Program-made: the position numbers and the translations under genes
Shown here: positions 17,489 through 26,559 of the stretch, one piece after another
Layout: each line of letters begins with the position of its first letter
Numbering within the stretch: position 1 is the first letter of the stretch
The notes under the pieces: model-generated
Seen by the model: only the letters and a program-made list of their open reading frames with translations
Databases searched by the model: none
What the model was told of the DNA's origin: nothing
NCBI GenBank assembly: GCA_964471535.1
Contig: CAYYHA010000001.1
Span: 6,285 to 70,284, forward strand
From: an uncultured Myxococcia bacterium
GTDB taxonomy: Bacteria > Myxococcota > Myxococcia > SLRQ01
DNA: 64,000 nt
Reading direction: 5' to 3'

Positions 17489-18442
17489 TCATCTGTCCGG
17501 TGAATCGTCCGATGGCTCCGTGAGGGGAGCGAGGGCGTCGAGGCGCTGCAGGGTCTCTGCGAGGTCCGCCGGCAGGGGTGCCTCGCTGCCCACCCGATCA
17601 CCGGTGAGGGGGTGGGGCACTTCGAGGTGGAGGGCGTGGAGCAGCGGGCGCTCGAAGTCCAAGCGCTGCCCCGACTCGGCGGTGAAGTGGGCGGGGCCGC
17701 CGTAGCGGCGGTCACCGGCGATGGGGTGGCCAAGGTGGGCGAGGTGCGCCCGGATCTGGTGGGTGCGGCCGGTGAGGGGCCGAAGTTCCAAGAGAGAGAA
17801 GCCCCCCCACCGGCGCAGCACGCGGTAGGCGGTCTCGGCGGCGCGTCCGCTGGGGGAGACGCGCACGCAACCCGGGGCCCCGGGGTCGGGGCCAAGCGGG
17901 GCCTCGATGCGGCCTGAGGCGACCTCGGGGACGCCCACCGAGAGTGCGAGGTAGACCTTTTCCACCTCCCGGCGGCGAAAGGCGGCTCCCAGCGCCCGTT
18001 CGGCGCGCCGCGTTCGGGCGAGCACGGTGACGCCCGTGGTGTCCCGGTCGAGGCGGTGCACCGGGTAGACCCGCTGGCCGAGGAGGGCCTCGAGGCGCGC
18101 CGGGAGGGAGGCCGCGGTCCCGTCGAGGCCCGGCTGCGCCGGCGTGCCCGCTGGTTTGTCCACGAAGAGCAGATGGGGATCCGAGTGGAGGATGCGGTGC
18201 GCCTCGAGGGGCTCGGCAGCGGCGAGCGGCGCAGCGCCGCGGGCCTCGAGGGTGACCTCCACCCGCTGGCCCGAGCGGACCGGCCGGCTCGCCACCTTCA
18301 CACGGCGCCGGTCTACGAAGACCGCCCCCGCTTGGAGCAGCGCGCGGGCCCGGCGCCGGGAGAGGGGCGTGCGCCGGGCGAGGACCTGGTCGAGACGATG
18401 GCCTGCGTCCTCCTCGTCAGCGACGAAGCTCAGGCGCTTCAC
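17489..18442 (-). CDS. RluA-family 23S rRNA pseudouridine synthase (RluD/RluC-like) with N-terminal S4 domain
   Basis: The motifs HRLDRDTTGV (catalytic Asp) and GRTHQIRAHL are present, together with an N-terminal S4-like region. Confidence 0.9.
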   Translation of the reverse strand: MKRLSFVADEEDAGHRLDQVLARRTPLSRRRARALLQAGAVFVDRRRVKVASRPVRSGQRVEVTLEARGAAPLAAAEPLEAHRILHSDPHLLFVDKPAGTPAQPGLDGTAASLPARLEALLGQRVYPVHRLDRDTTGVTVLARTRRAERALGAAFRRREVEKVYLALSVGVPEVASGRIEAPLGPDPGAPGCVRVSPSGRAAETAYRVLRRWGGFSLLELRPLTGRTHQIRAHLAHLGHPIAGDRRYGGPAHFTAESGQRLDFERPLLHALHLEVPHPLTGDRVGSEAPLPADLAETLQRLDALAPLTEPSDDSPDR

Positions 18443-18460
18443 CGGGCCGCTCGACCCCCG

Positions 18461-18748
18461 TCAGCTGGACGCGGCCTTCGACTCGCCGCCGCTGCTCGGT
18501 TTCTCCGCGCCGCCGGACGCCTTGCTCTCACCGCCCTTACCCTGGGAGCCCTTCGGCTTCAGGCCGTAGTGGTCCGAATACCAGCCGCTGCCCTTGAGTG
18601 CGAAGGAGGTGGTCGAGATGAGCCGTTTGACCTCGCCGTCGCAGGCGGCACCCGCCTCGGAGTGCTTCTTCAGAGCCTCCTCGGTGATGCGCTGCTCCAC
18701 CTCGAACTCCTCCCCGCACTTCTTGCATGCGTACTCATAGATGGGCAT
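18461..18748 (-). CDS. FmdB-family zinc-ribbon putative regulatory protein with Gly/Ser/Lys-rich tail
   Basis: MPIYEYACKKCGEEFEV...EAGAACDGEV shows the CxxC...CxxxE pattern of the FmdB zinc ribbon. It is the internal start within ORF 18461-18982. Confidence 0.75.
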   Translation of the reverse strand: MPIYEYACKKCGEEFEVEQRITEEALKKHSEAGAACDGEVKRLISTTSFALKGSGWYSDHYGLKPKGSQGKGGESKASGGAEKPSSGGESKAASS

Positions 18749-19062
18749 CTGTGTCGACCTCCGGCAGCGTGCGTTTCTCGAAGCAGCGTAACCATCTTGT
18801 GACGAAGTCAACAAGGCATGGCCCGTACGACCCGACCGCCCAAGCCGCAACCTGGCCGCGCGGTGGCCGCGTCGAGGGGACGGAGCGTACCCGGCGGAAT
18901 GCACGGTGCCTCCTTCGTTGTTCCTTGCGCGCCGGTGCCGCCGCGGCGGCGCCGTGCGAGGATCCCCGACCCATGGACGCATCCTGGAACCCCCTGGTAG
19001 TGGTCACTGGCCGCGGCCGCTGTCACAGCGGCCGCACACAGGCGGCCGCTGCGGAGCAGACG

Positions 19063-20589
19063 ATGGAAGATCCCCGACCCGAGCCCGTTGGAGCCATGGC
19101 ATCGCGCGCCCGTTCCCCCGGCGCCACGCGCGCGTCCCTCGTGATTCGCCTCCTTGCCGCGTTCACCGTGGTCGCGGCTGCTGCGGCCGGCGGCTACCTC
19201 CTGCATCCGGGTGAGGCTGCCCGCGCCGCACCCCCGCCGGCCCCCGCCGCCGCGGCGCCCGCGCCGCTTCCTGGCGCCGGCGGCGGGGCGGCCGCCGCGC
19301 GCCGTGCGGGGCTGCCCGTGTTCACCGACCTGGCCCGGGAGATCATTCCCTCGGTGGTGCACATCGCCAGCGTCATCGAGGGTCCTCGGCCCGCAGTGCC
19401 GCCGGGCCATCCCTTCTTTGGCGGCCCGGGAGGCGGCGGCAAGGCCGTGGGGCTCGGCTCCGGCTTCGTGATCGACCGGGAGGGGCATATCCTCACGAAC
19501 AACCACGTGGTCGCCAACGCCTCGAAGGTCACCGTCACCTTCACCGACTCCAAGACCGAGTATCTCGCCGAGGTGGTGGGGACCGACCCCCTGACCGACA
19601 TCGCCCTCATCAAGGTGGTCGACCCGCCGAAGCACCTCAAACCCGTCCCTTTCGGGGACAGCGACGCCCTCGAGGTGGGGGAGTGGGTGGTGGCCATCGG
19701 CAGCCCCTTTGGGCTGCGCTCGACGGTGACCGCCGGAATCGTGAGCGCCAAGAATCGGAACATCGGCGCCGGCCGCTACGACCACTTCATCCAGACCGAC
19801 GCCTCGATCAACCCCGGCAACTCCGGCGGCCCCCTGGTGAACCTCGAAGGCAAGGTGATCGGTGTGAACACCGCCATCTTCAGCCGGTCGGGGGGGAGCA
19901 TCGGCATCGGCTTCGCCATCCCGATCAACCTGGCTCGCGACGTGGTGGAGCAGCTGAAGACCAAGGGTCGGGTGACCCGCGGCTGGCTCGGCATCGCCTT
20001 CCAGCCGGTCAGTCCCGAGATGGCCGAGGCCCTTGGTCTCGACGCGCCGCAGGGGGCGCTCGTCGCCGAGGTCACAGAGGGCGGGCCCGCCGACGAGGCG
20101 GGCATCGAGGTGCAAGACGTCATCGTGGGATGGAACGGCAACCGCCTCGAGGACGCCTCGGACCTCCCCCTCTGGGTCGCGCGGACGCCCCCGGGGAGCA
20201 CGGCGACGGTCGAAGTGCTCCGTGACGGGAAGCGCCGGCGGATGAAGGTGCGGATGGGCGAGCTCGCGCCCGATGGCGAGCCCCCCGTCGCTTCGGGGCC
20301 CGGGCGGGCACGGCTGGGTCTCGTCGTGCAGCGGATGACGCCTGAGCTGGCCCGGCAGCTGGGCCTCGAGCGACCCGAAGGTGTGGTCGTGACCGGTGTC
20401 GAGCCGGGCAGCGCCGCCGCCGATGCCACCCTTCAGCCAGGCGACGTGATCCTCTCCATCAAGGGGGAGCCGATCCGGTCGCTGGGCGACTACCGGCGCG
20501 TGATCAACGACCTGCCCGAGGGGCGCCCGGTGCTCTTCCGGGTGCAGCGGGGCGACCGCACCCTCTTCTTTGCCCTGCGCGCTCGCTAG
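19063..20589 (+). CDS. DegP/HtrA-family periplasmic serine endoprotease with two PDZ domains
   Basis: It carries the trypsin-like triad context HILTNNHVV, DIALIK and GNSGGPL, followed by two PDZ-like segments. The ATG at 19063 (or 19096) precedes a hydrophobic anchor; the ORF-track 5' extension to 18727 is rejected. Confidence 0.9.
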   Translation: MEDPRPEPVGAMASRARSPGATRASLVIRLLAAFTVVAAAAAGGYLLHPGEAARAAPPPAPAAAAPAPLPGAGGGAAAARRAGLPVFTDLAREIIPSVVHIASVIEGPRPAVPPGHPFFGGPGGGGKAVGLGSGFVIDREGHILTNNHVVANASKVTVTFTDSKTEYLAEVVGTDPLTDIALIKVVDPPKHLKPVPFGDSDALEVGEWVVAIGSPFGLRSTVTAGIVSAKNRNIGAGRYDHFIQTDASINPGNSGGPLVNLEGKVIGVNTAIFSRSGGSIGIGFAIPINLARDVVEQLKTKGRVTRGWLGIAFQPVSPEMAEALGLDAPQGALVAEVTEGGPADEAGIEVQDVIVGWNGNRLEDASDLPLWVARTPPGSTATVEVLRDGKRRRMKVRMGELAPDGEPPVASGPGRARLGLVVQRMTPELARQLGLERPEGVVVTGVEPGSAAADATLQPGDVILSIKGEPIRSLGDYRRVINDLPEGRPVLFRVQRGDRTLFFALRAR

Positions 20590-20659
20590 TCGGCAGGACG
20601 CAGCCCCGGGCACCGCGCGCTCGTGCGAGGGGCCCGAGCCGTCGCGCGCGCCCGATACC

Positions 20660-21049
20660 CTACGACTTCTTGCGAAGGGCGCGGATGATCTTCGACTTGG
20701 TGCGCCCGTCGACGGGGGCGGTGGGCTCCTCGCACGCGTCTCCGGGATCCGAAGCGAGCTCCGCGCCCGCAGCCTCGACCTCCGCCGTCTCCTCTGCTTC
20801 GAGCGCGCCGGCGAGATGGGCCTGGTAGCGCTGCACGATCCGCGCTTCGAGTTCGGCGAGGCGGGCGGCGGCCGCGGTGCCCGGCGCCGCCTTGCCCGTC
20901 AGGGCCCCGGTCTCGGCCAGGGAACGGCCGTGGTGCATCCGCAACGCCCGCTCCTCTTCGGCGTCGAGGGTGTCGACGGGCCCTTCGGGATCGAGGGCCG
21001 CCTCGACGGTTGCGTCGGTGACCGTGCTCGTACTCTTTCGCTTCGCCAT
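20660..21049 (-). CDS. Hypothetical small acidic protein (129 aa) with Lys-rich N and C termini
   Basis: The composition looks non-artefactual (few Arg, balanced). It lies downstream of a good sigma70-like promoter. I recognise no family. Confidence 0.5.
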   Translation of the reverse strand: MAKRKSTSTVTDATVEAALDPEGPVDTLDAEEERALRMHHGRSLAETGALTGKAAPGTAAAARLAELEARIVQRYQAHLAGALEAEETAEVEAAGAELASDPGDACEEPTAPVDGRTKSKIIRALRKKS

Positions 21050-21160
21050 GACCCGTGTGCTCCTCGCTGGGGCCTGCTCGGATGGGGTCCTGCCCCATCG
21101 CGAGATCCTGAAAGATCGTTCATGTGGGCAACTGGCTCCACCTGTCGCCCGTGCCCTTGG

Positions 21161-21188
21161 AGTCTAGTGGAGTCCCGGCCCAGGTCAA
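21161..21188 (-). promoter_or_regulatory. Sigma70-like promoter (TTGACC-N16-TAGACT on the minus strand) flanked by an unusually AT-rich upstream tract, in front of the small acidic protein gene
   Basis: The minus-strand sequence reads ...AAAAGTATCGTATTTTCAACAGCTTGGATCGAGAGAAAAAATTTGACCTGGGCCGGGACTCCACTAGACTCC. This is the only markedly AT-rich tract in the window (about 21170-21250). Confidence 0.3.
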
Positions 21189-21318
21189 ATTTTTTCTCTC
21201 GATCCAAGCTGTTGAAAATACGATACTTTTGGTGGTGGCTTCGGGCCTTTGGAGGCGTTGTCCCACATGAACGCCCGTCCGGTGCATAGGGACGGATCGC
21301 CCGGTGGCCCACCGCCCG

Positions 21319-22461
21319 TCACGGGCTCGCGCTACCCGCTTCGCCTGCGGTGGCCTTCTCGCCCGCGGCCGCCTTCTCGCCCTCGGCCGCCGCGCCCGCC
21401 ACCTTCGCCTGCGCGGCCACATAGGGGGGCCAGAAGGCCAGCGGGTCCTTCACCGCCCGCGGGCGGGGCTCGAAGGGGAGGTGCTCGGGTACCTCGATCG
21501 TAGCCGGGCGGCCGATCCCCTCGAGGGTGCGGGTCAGGTGGATCTCGAGCGTTGCCGGCTCGGGACGCGCGTCCTGTGGCGGGACGACGAGGCGGCCTTC
21601 GATGTCGAAGGCGAGGACCACGCCGGTCAAGCGGTCGACGAGGACCTCTCCGGCAACGCTCACCGGCTCGCCCGCTTCGAAGACGGCCCTGCGGTGGCGA
21701 AGTGCTGCATCGGGTCCGTCCTTCGGGTAGCGCGGCTTGGCGGCCCAGGCGGGCTTCGGCGGCGGGAGCAGCGCGGGGTCGGAGGTCTCTGCCGTCGCGA
21801 GGACGTAGCGCACCGCCCCGCGCCCCTGGTGGGTTGCCGTCCCCATGTTGGCGAGGGTGATCTTCCCGTCGAAGAGTTCGAAGAAGGTGGCGAGCTGGCC
21901 CATCGCCTCCTCCCGCCAGGCCTCGTGTCCCGCGCGGTCGCTGCGGCGCTCGTGGAACTTCCCGTGGCGGCTCTTCACGTAGATGACTCCATCCACGTAG
22001 CGAAGCTCCATCCCGAAGTCCTGGTCGTTGTCGATCTTCACTTGAAAGTCGCCGCTCGCGCTCTGCAGCAGCTCCGCCCGCTCGGAGAGGGAAACTGCGT
22101 CCTTCCCGCGCTTCCAGGTGAACTCCACCTCGTTGATGGCGTGGAAGTCACCGAGCCGGTGGCGCATCTCCACCGCGCGCATGCGCAGGATGCGCCGCCG
22201 CATCGCCGCGTCGGTCGCCACCGCATCGGCGTCGAGGGCCTCGGCGGCCAAGCGCTCCTCCTTCGGTGGCTCCTCCGGCGAGAAGATTCGCTCCTTGGCC
22301 GCCTGATCCTCGCTCGTGGGACAGGAGGAGAGGCAGCCGGACAAAGAGGCGGCCGCGAGCCACAGGGCGGGCAGGCACGCGGCGACGCGGCAGGCCGGCC
22401 GCCTTCCCGCGGTGGGGGGGGCGCACCGGACGGCGCGGGCTTCGCGAGGCGGCGTTGCCAT
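21319..22461 (-). CDS. Hypothetical lipoprotein (380 aa), Ala/Glu/Lys-rich C-terminal tail
   Basis: The internal start MATPPREA... at 22461 is followed by a signal and lipobox (AASLSGCLSSC). The rest of ORF 21319-24264 upstream of this Met is antisense to the acyltransferase and is rejected. Confidence 0.55.
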   Translation of the reverse strand: MATPPREARAVRCAPPTAGRRPACRVAACLPALWLAAASLSGCLSSCPTSEDQAAKERIFSPEEPPKEERLAAEALDADAVATDAAMRRRILRMRAVEMRHRLGDFHAINEVEFTWKRGKDAVSLSERAELLQSASGDFQVKIDNDQDFGMELRYVDGVIYVKSRHGKFHERRSDRAGHEAWREEAMGQLATFFELFDGKITLANMGTATHQGRGAVRYVLATAETSDPALLPPPKPAWAAKPRYPKDGPDAALRHRRAVFEAGEPVSVAGEVLVDRLTGVVLAFDIEGRLVVPPQDARPEPATLEIHLTRTLEGIGRPATIEVPEHLPFEPRPRAVKDPLAFWPPYVAAQAKVAGAAAEGEKAAAGEKATAGEAGSASP

Positions 22462-22605
22462 CGTCGCGCGGTGGTACCATCGCCAGCGCCGGCGAACAAG
22501 CGAGGGCCGGCGCCCGCCGGGCCGCGGCTCGGGCCCGCTGATGCACTTGGGCCGGAGGCCCCCCGGGGCAGCCGCAGAGCGCAAAAAGACGGTAGACTCG
22601 TCGCC

Positions 22606-24186
22606 GTGAGCCAGGCCGGGCAGCACCGCGCCGGGTCCGCGGCCGCGCCCCCGGGGACCGGAGGGAAGGCCCCGGAGGGGGGCGGGGCGAAGCCGGGTCG
22701 CCCCTCGCTCCTGTACCGGGGTTGCCTCTCGCTCTTCCGTCTCCTCGTCAGGGCCTACTTTCGGGAGGTGCGGGTGGTCGGGACCGAAGAGGTCCCCCGC
22801 GATCGAGGGGGGCTCGTCGTCTCCTGGCATCCGAACGGCCTGGTGGACCCAGGCCTCATCCTCACCACCTTTCCCCGGCGCATCGTCTTTGGGGCGCGCC
22901 ACGGCCTCTTCCGGGTCCCACTGCTCGGCGCCTTGATGCGCGCCATCGGGACCATCCCCATCTACCGCGCCATGGACCAGGCGGGGGTGCCCGATGAGGT
23001 GCGCCGAGCCCGAAACCGCGAGAGCCTCGACGCGCTGGCCGCCGAGATCGCCGGAGGTGCGTTCTCGGCGCTCTTCCCCGAGGGGGTGAGCCACGACGAT
23101 CCCCACCTCGCGCCGCTCAGGACGGGTGCAGCGCGGCTCTACTACCGGGCCCGCGCGCTCTCCACGCCCGGGCGGCCGCCCCCGGTGATCGTCCCCGTCG
23201 GTCTCCACTACGACCACAAGCGTTCGTTTCGCTCCCATGCACTGGTCGAGTACCACCCCCCCATCGCCCTTCCCCCGCATCTGGACGTCACGCCGGGGCC
23301 GGAGTGGGGTGAGGCCGAACGCCGCGACCTGGCGCGGGCGTTGACGGAGGAGATCGAGCGTGCCCTCGCCGAGGTGGTGCAGGCGACCGAGGATTGGGAG
23401 GTCCACCACCTCCTCCACCGCGTGCGGAAGATCGTGCGGGCCGAACGAAGCAAGCGGCGGGGCGTCGACCCTGGGCCCAGCGACATCGAGGAGCGGACGC
23501 TCGCCTTCGCACGGGTGCGCACCGCCTACTATGCGCGGGTCGGTCAGGACCCCGAGGGGGTGGCCCGCCTGCGTGACCGCATCCGCGACTACGACGCCGA
23601 TCTGCGGGCCCTTCGGATGGAGGACCACGAGCTCGACCGGCCCCCCGACCTCTTCCGCCCCTGGCTGGCAGCGGCGTTGGCGTTGCAGGTCGTCACGGTC
23701 TTCCTCCTGGTGCCCCCGATCCTCCTGGTGGGCTATGCCGTCAACGGGCCGCCAGCGCTCGTGATCAAGGGGCTGTGCAAGGTGGTGGCCCAGAAGAAGA
23801 AGGACGAGGCGAGCTGGAAGGCGCTCGCCGGTGCCGTGCTCTTTCCACTGACCTGGCTGGGCGTGGGGGCCGCCGGATTCTTCGGCTACGAGCAGCTCCA
23901 CGCGAGCTTTCCAGCGGTGCCCGAGGTGCCCCTCCTCGCCGGCGCGTTGCTCGCGGGGCTCTCGGTGGCCGGTGGCTTCCTGGCCCTGCGCTACCTGCGG
24001 GTGGCCGCCGAAACGGCGCGGGCCCTTCGGGTGCGGCTGACGCGCCGCCGCCGCCGCCAGGCGGTGGCGCGGCTCCTCGCCGAGCGCGCTGCCCTCTACG
24101 ATGCGCTCACGGAGATGGCCGAGGGTCTCGACCTGCCTGGCGCCATCGCTCCCGACGGGACGGTGCGCCGTGCGCCTGTCACGTAA
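22606..24186 (+). CDS. Lysophospholipid/glycerol-3-phosphate acyltransferase family protein (PlsC-like) with long C-terminal polytopic membrane extension
   Basis: The HX4D motif (WHPNGLVDP), FGARHGLF and FPEGVSHDD blocks of PlsC-type acyltransferases are present. The putative GTG start is at 22606. The C-terminal ~220 aa contains several TM helices. Confidence 0.75.
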   Translation: MSQAGQHRAGSAAAPPGTGGKAPEGGGAKPGRPSLLYRGCLSLFRLLVRAYFREVRVVGTEEVPRDRGGLVVSWHPNGLVDPGLILTTFPRRIVFGARHGLFRVPLLGALMRAIGTIPIYRAMDQAGVPDEVRRARNRESLDALAAEIAGGAFSALFPEGVSHDDPHLAPLRTGAARLYYRARALSTPGRPPPVIVPVGLHYDHKRSFRSHALVEYHPPIALPPHLDVTPGPEWGEAERRDLARALTEEIERALAEVVQATEDWEVHHLLHRVRKIVRAERSKRRGVDPGPSDIEERTLAFARVRTAYYARVGQDPEGVARLRDRIRDYDADLRALRMEDHELDRPPDLFRPWLAAALALQVVTVFLLVPPILLVGYAVNGPPALVIKGLCKVVAQKKKDEASWKALAGAVLFPLTWLGVGAAGFFGYEQLHASFPAVPEVPLLAGALLAGLSVAGGFLALRYLRVAAETARALRVRLTRRRRRQAVARLLAERAALYDALTEMAEGLDLPGAIAPDGTVRRAPVT

Positions 24187-24223
24187 GCCCTGCGAAGGCC
24201 TCCTCGTACATGGACCCGATTCG

Positions 24224-25408
24224 TCATGCGTCTTCTGAGGTCGTACTCGAGGCGCCACTTCCATCCGAGAGATCTGGCGGTGACTGCTCGCTCTCGGCGT
24301 GGGCCTCGCGGATCGAGATCGTGTCGACGAGCGATCTCCAAGTCTCGTGGACGCGGCGGCAGTACTCGAGGAAGGGACCGAGGCGATCGAGGGTGAGCGC
24401 CTGGGGTCCGTCGCAGAGCGCCTCGGACGGGGCGGGATGGAAGTCGACGAGGACGCAGGTGGCCCCAGCGATGAGGCCCTGCCCGGTTACGTGAAAGATA
24501 TCCGGCAGCCCGTCGGGGGCCACCGCGGCGCGACCGACGCTGTGAGAGGGATCGATGCACACGGGCAGGCGCGTCTGCCGGCGCACGACGGGGACGTGGC
24601 CGAAGTCCACCAGGTTGCGGTGGGGATCTCCGAGGTGGGTCTTCACGCCCCGCAGGCAGAAGACGATGTTGGGGTTGCCCTCGGTGGCGACGTACTCGGC
24701 GGCGTTCAGCGACTCCTCGAGGGTGATCCCCATCCCGCGCTTGAAGAGCACCGGGAACGCCCGCTGCTGTCCCACCTGGCGCAGGAGCTCGAAGTTCTGG
24801 GCGTTGCGGGTGCCGATCTGCACCATGACACCAGTGGGCTGCCCCGCCTCTTCGAGCGCCCGGGCGATCTCCTCGAGATGCCGCGCGTCGGTGACCTCCA
24901 TGGCGATGACCCGGATGCCGTACTTGCCCGCCAGCTCGAAGACCCAGGGGAGGCAGGCGGCGCCGAGGCCTTGGAAGTCATAGGGGCTGGTGCGCGGCTT
25001 GTAGGCCCCCATGCGTGTGGTCGTCACCCCGTGCTCGGCGAGTGCCGCGAGCATCGCCTCCACGTGCGCCGGCGTGTCGACGGCACAGAGCCCCGCGAGG
25101 ACGTTGAGGGTGCGCCGGTCGAAGGTGACGCCGTTGTAGGTGAACCCAAGGTCTCGGGCATCGGCTTCGTGGCGGCCGATGAGCCGGTACTTGTGGGAGA
25201 CGCGCACCACCTGCAGCACGCCGGGGAGCGCTGCAAAGGGCTCCTTGGGGACCAGGCGGGTGTTGCCGATGAGGTGGATTTCCACCACCCGCTCCTGAGC
25301 GCCCTCGAAGTCGTAGCGCCGGGTGCGCACCCCGGGATGCCGGCGGGCGATCCCTTCGACCGCCGCCACCGTCTCTTCGGAGGCGCTGGGATCGATGGTG
25401 ATGATCAC
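24224..25408 (-). CDS. 3-deoxy-7-phosphoheptulonate (DAHP) synthase, type I-beta with N-terminal ferredoxin-like regulatory domain
   Basis: The putative GTG start is at 25408 (VIITIDPSASEE..., resembling the N-terminus of Thermotoga-type DAHPS). KYRLIGR, KPRTSPYDFQG and the TIM-barrel KDO8PS-like core are present. Confidence 0.85.
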   Translation of the reverse strand: MIITIDPSASEETVAAVEGIARRHPGVRTRRYDFEGAQERVVEIHLIGNTRLVPKEPFAALPGVLQVVRVSHKYRLIGRHEADARDLGFTYNGVTFDRRTLNVLAGLCAVDTPAHVEAMLAALAEHGVTTTRMGAYKPRTSPYDFQGLGAACLPWVFELAGKYGIRVIAMEVTDARHLEEIARALEEAGQPTGVMVQIGTRNAQNFELLRQVGQQRAFPVLFKRGMGITLEESLNAAEYVATEGNPNIVFCLRGVKTHLGDPHRNLVDFGHVPVVRRQTRLPVCIDPSHSVGRAAVAPDGLPDIFHVTGQGLIAGATCVLVDFHPAPSEALCDGPQALTLDRLGPFLEYCRRVHETWRSLVDTISIREAHAESEQSPPDLSDGSGASSTTSEDA

Positions 25409-25500
25409 GGCGGGCGAGAATACACCACCGCGGCGGGTGGAGGTGTTGGGCCCGGCCGCCACCCTCCCGGCGCCCCGGGGCCCTGGGGTAGGGTGCCGCC

Positions 25501-26415
25501 ATGGCGCGGGCACCCTGGATGGTCTCGATGCACGGGGGTCACAGCTTCCCCTTCTGCGATCACGCGATGGGCGCCCTCGAGGACACCGTCGAGGCGGCCG
25601 AGGAGGCGGGCTTTCGTGTCTACGGTCTCACCGAGCACGCACCCCGGCTCGACGACCGCTTCCTCTATCCCACCGAGCGCGCCCGGGGGTGGAACGCCGC
25701 ACGGCTGGCCGAGCACTTCGACGAATGGGCGGAGCTCTCCGCCGAGCTGCTCTCGCAGTGGAGGGGAGAGACGCGGCTCCTGCGAGGCATCGAGGTGGAG
25801 GTGGTCCCGGCACAGACGTGGCTCGAGTCGGTGCGGGCGCTGGTGGACCGGCACCGCCTCGACTACGTGGTGGGTGCGGTGCACCACGTGCGCGAGATCC
25901 CCATCGACGGCAACGAGAAGGACTTCGCGCGGGCGGTGGAGGCGGCGGGTGGGGTGGAGCGATTGGCAGTGGAGTTCTACAAGGCCACCGGCGAGATGGT
26001 CACTGCGCTGAAGCCTGAGGTGGTGGCCCACTTCGATCTCATCCGCCTCCGGGCGGCGCGGGTGGGAAAGATCAACACCCCGTCGGTCCGGGAGGCGGCG
26101 CGGGCGGCGCTCCGGGCGGTGCAGGCGGCCGGGAGCATGCTCGAGGTGGGTGCCGGTGCGCTGCGCCGGGGCTGGCGCATTCCCTATCCCGCACCGTGGG
26201 TGCTGGAGATGGCGCTCGAACTCGGGGTGCCGCTGACCCTTGGAGACGGGAGCCACGCCGTCTTCGAGGTGGGGGACGGCATGGACGCGCTGCGCACCTA
26301 TCTCCTTGCTCGGGGGGTCGAGACCGTCCACTTTCTCGACCGTGCCGAAGATGGCCGCATCGTGCGCAAGAGCGCATCTCTCGAGCCTCCCCTCGAGCCA
26401 GCCCCGGGCGGCTAA
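25501..26415 (+). CDS. PHP-family histidinol-phosphatase (HisJ/HisK type)
   Basis: MVSMHGGHSFPFCDHA...GLTEHAP...VVGAVHHV matches the metal-binding His/Asp pattern of the PHP domain. The start may be at 25519 (MVSMHGG). Confidence 0.8.
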   Translation: MARAPWMVSMHGGHSFPFCDHAMGALEDTVEAAEEAGFRVYGLTEHAPRLDDRFLYPTERARGWNAARLAEHFDEWAELSAELLSQWRGETRLLRGIEVEVVPAQTWLESVRALVDRHRLDYVVGAVHHVREIPIDGNEKDFARAVEAAGGVERLAVEFYKATGEMVTALKPEVVAHFDLIRLRAARVGKINTPSVREAARAALRAVQAAGSMLEVGAGALRRGWRIPYPAPWVLEMALELGVPLTLGDGSHAVFEVGDGMDALRTYLLARGVETVHFLDRAEDGRIVRKSASLEPPLEPAPGG

Positions 26416-26520
26416 GCGGCGGGGCAGGTGCCGCGCCTTCCGGCGCGCCCGCCGGGGAGCGGGGGCGCGAGCACAGCGCCCCCCGGGCGGGCGCGGGCCA
26501 CCCCGGCTGCGTGCCCTTCG

Positions 26521-26549
26521 TTGACGTGGCCCGGGCCTCCCCCTATCTA
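26521..26549 (+). promoter_or_regulatory. Sigma70-like promoter TTGACG-N17-TATCTA immediately upstream of the KamA-family gene, implying a leaderless or near-leaderless transcript
   Basis: TTGACG lies at 26521-26526 and TATCTA at 26544-26549. The ATG is at 26560, only about 4-6 nt after the predicted TSS, and I see no Shine-Dalgarno. Confidence 0.35.
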
Positions 26550-26559
26550 ATCGCCCGCG

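Noticed and set aside
18727-19062. 5' extension of the DegP ORF; the 601-aa ORF 18808-20613 (-)
   Set aside because: The extension lacks a signal or anchor logic. The minus ORF is antisense to DegP and Arg/Gly-rich.
21304-22605. 5' 430 codons of the 960-aa + ORF, and the part of the 981-aa minus ORF above 22461
   Set aside because: Each is antisense to a motif-bearing gene on the other strand (the lipoprotein and the PlsC-like acyltransferase respectively).
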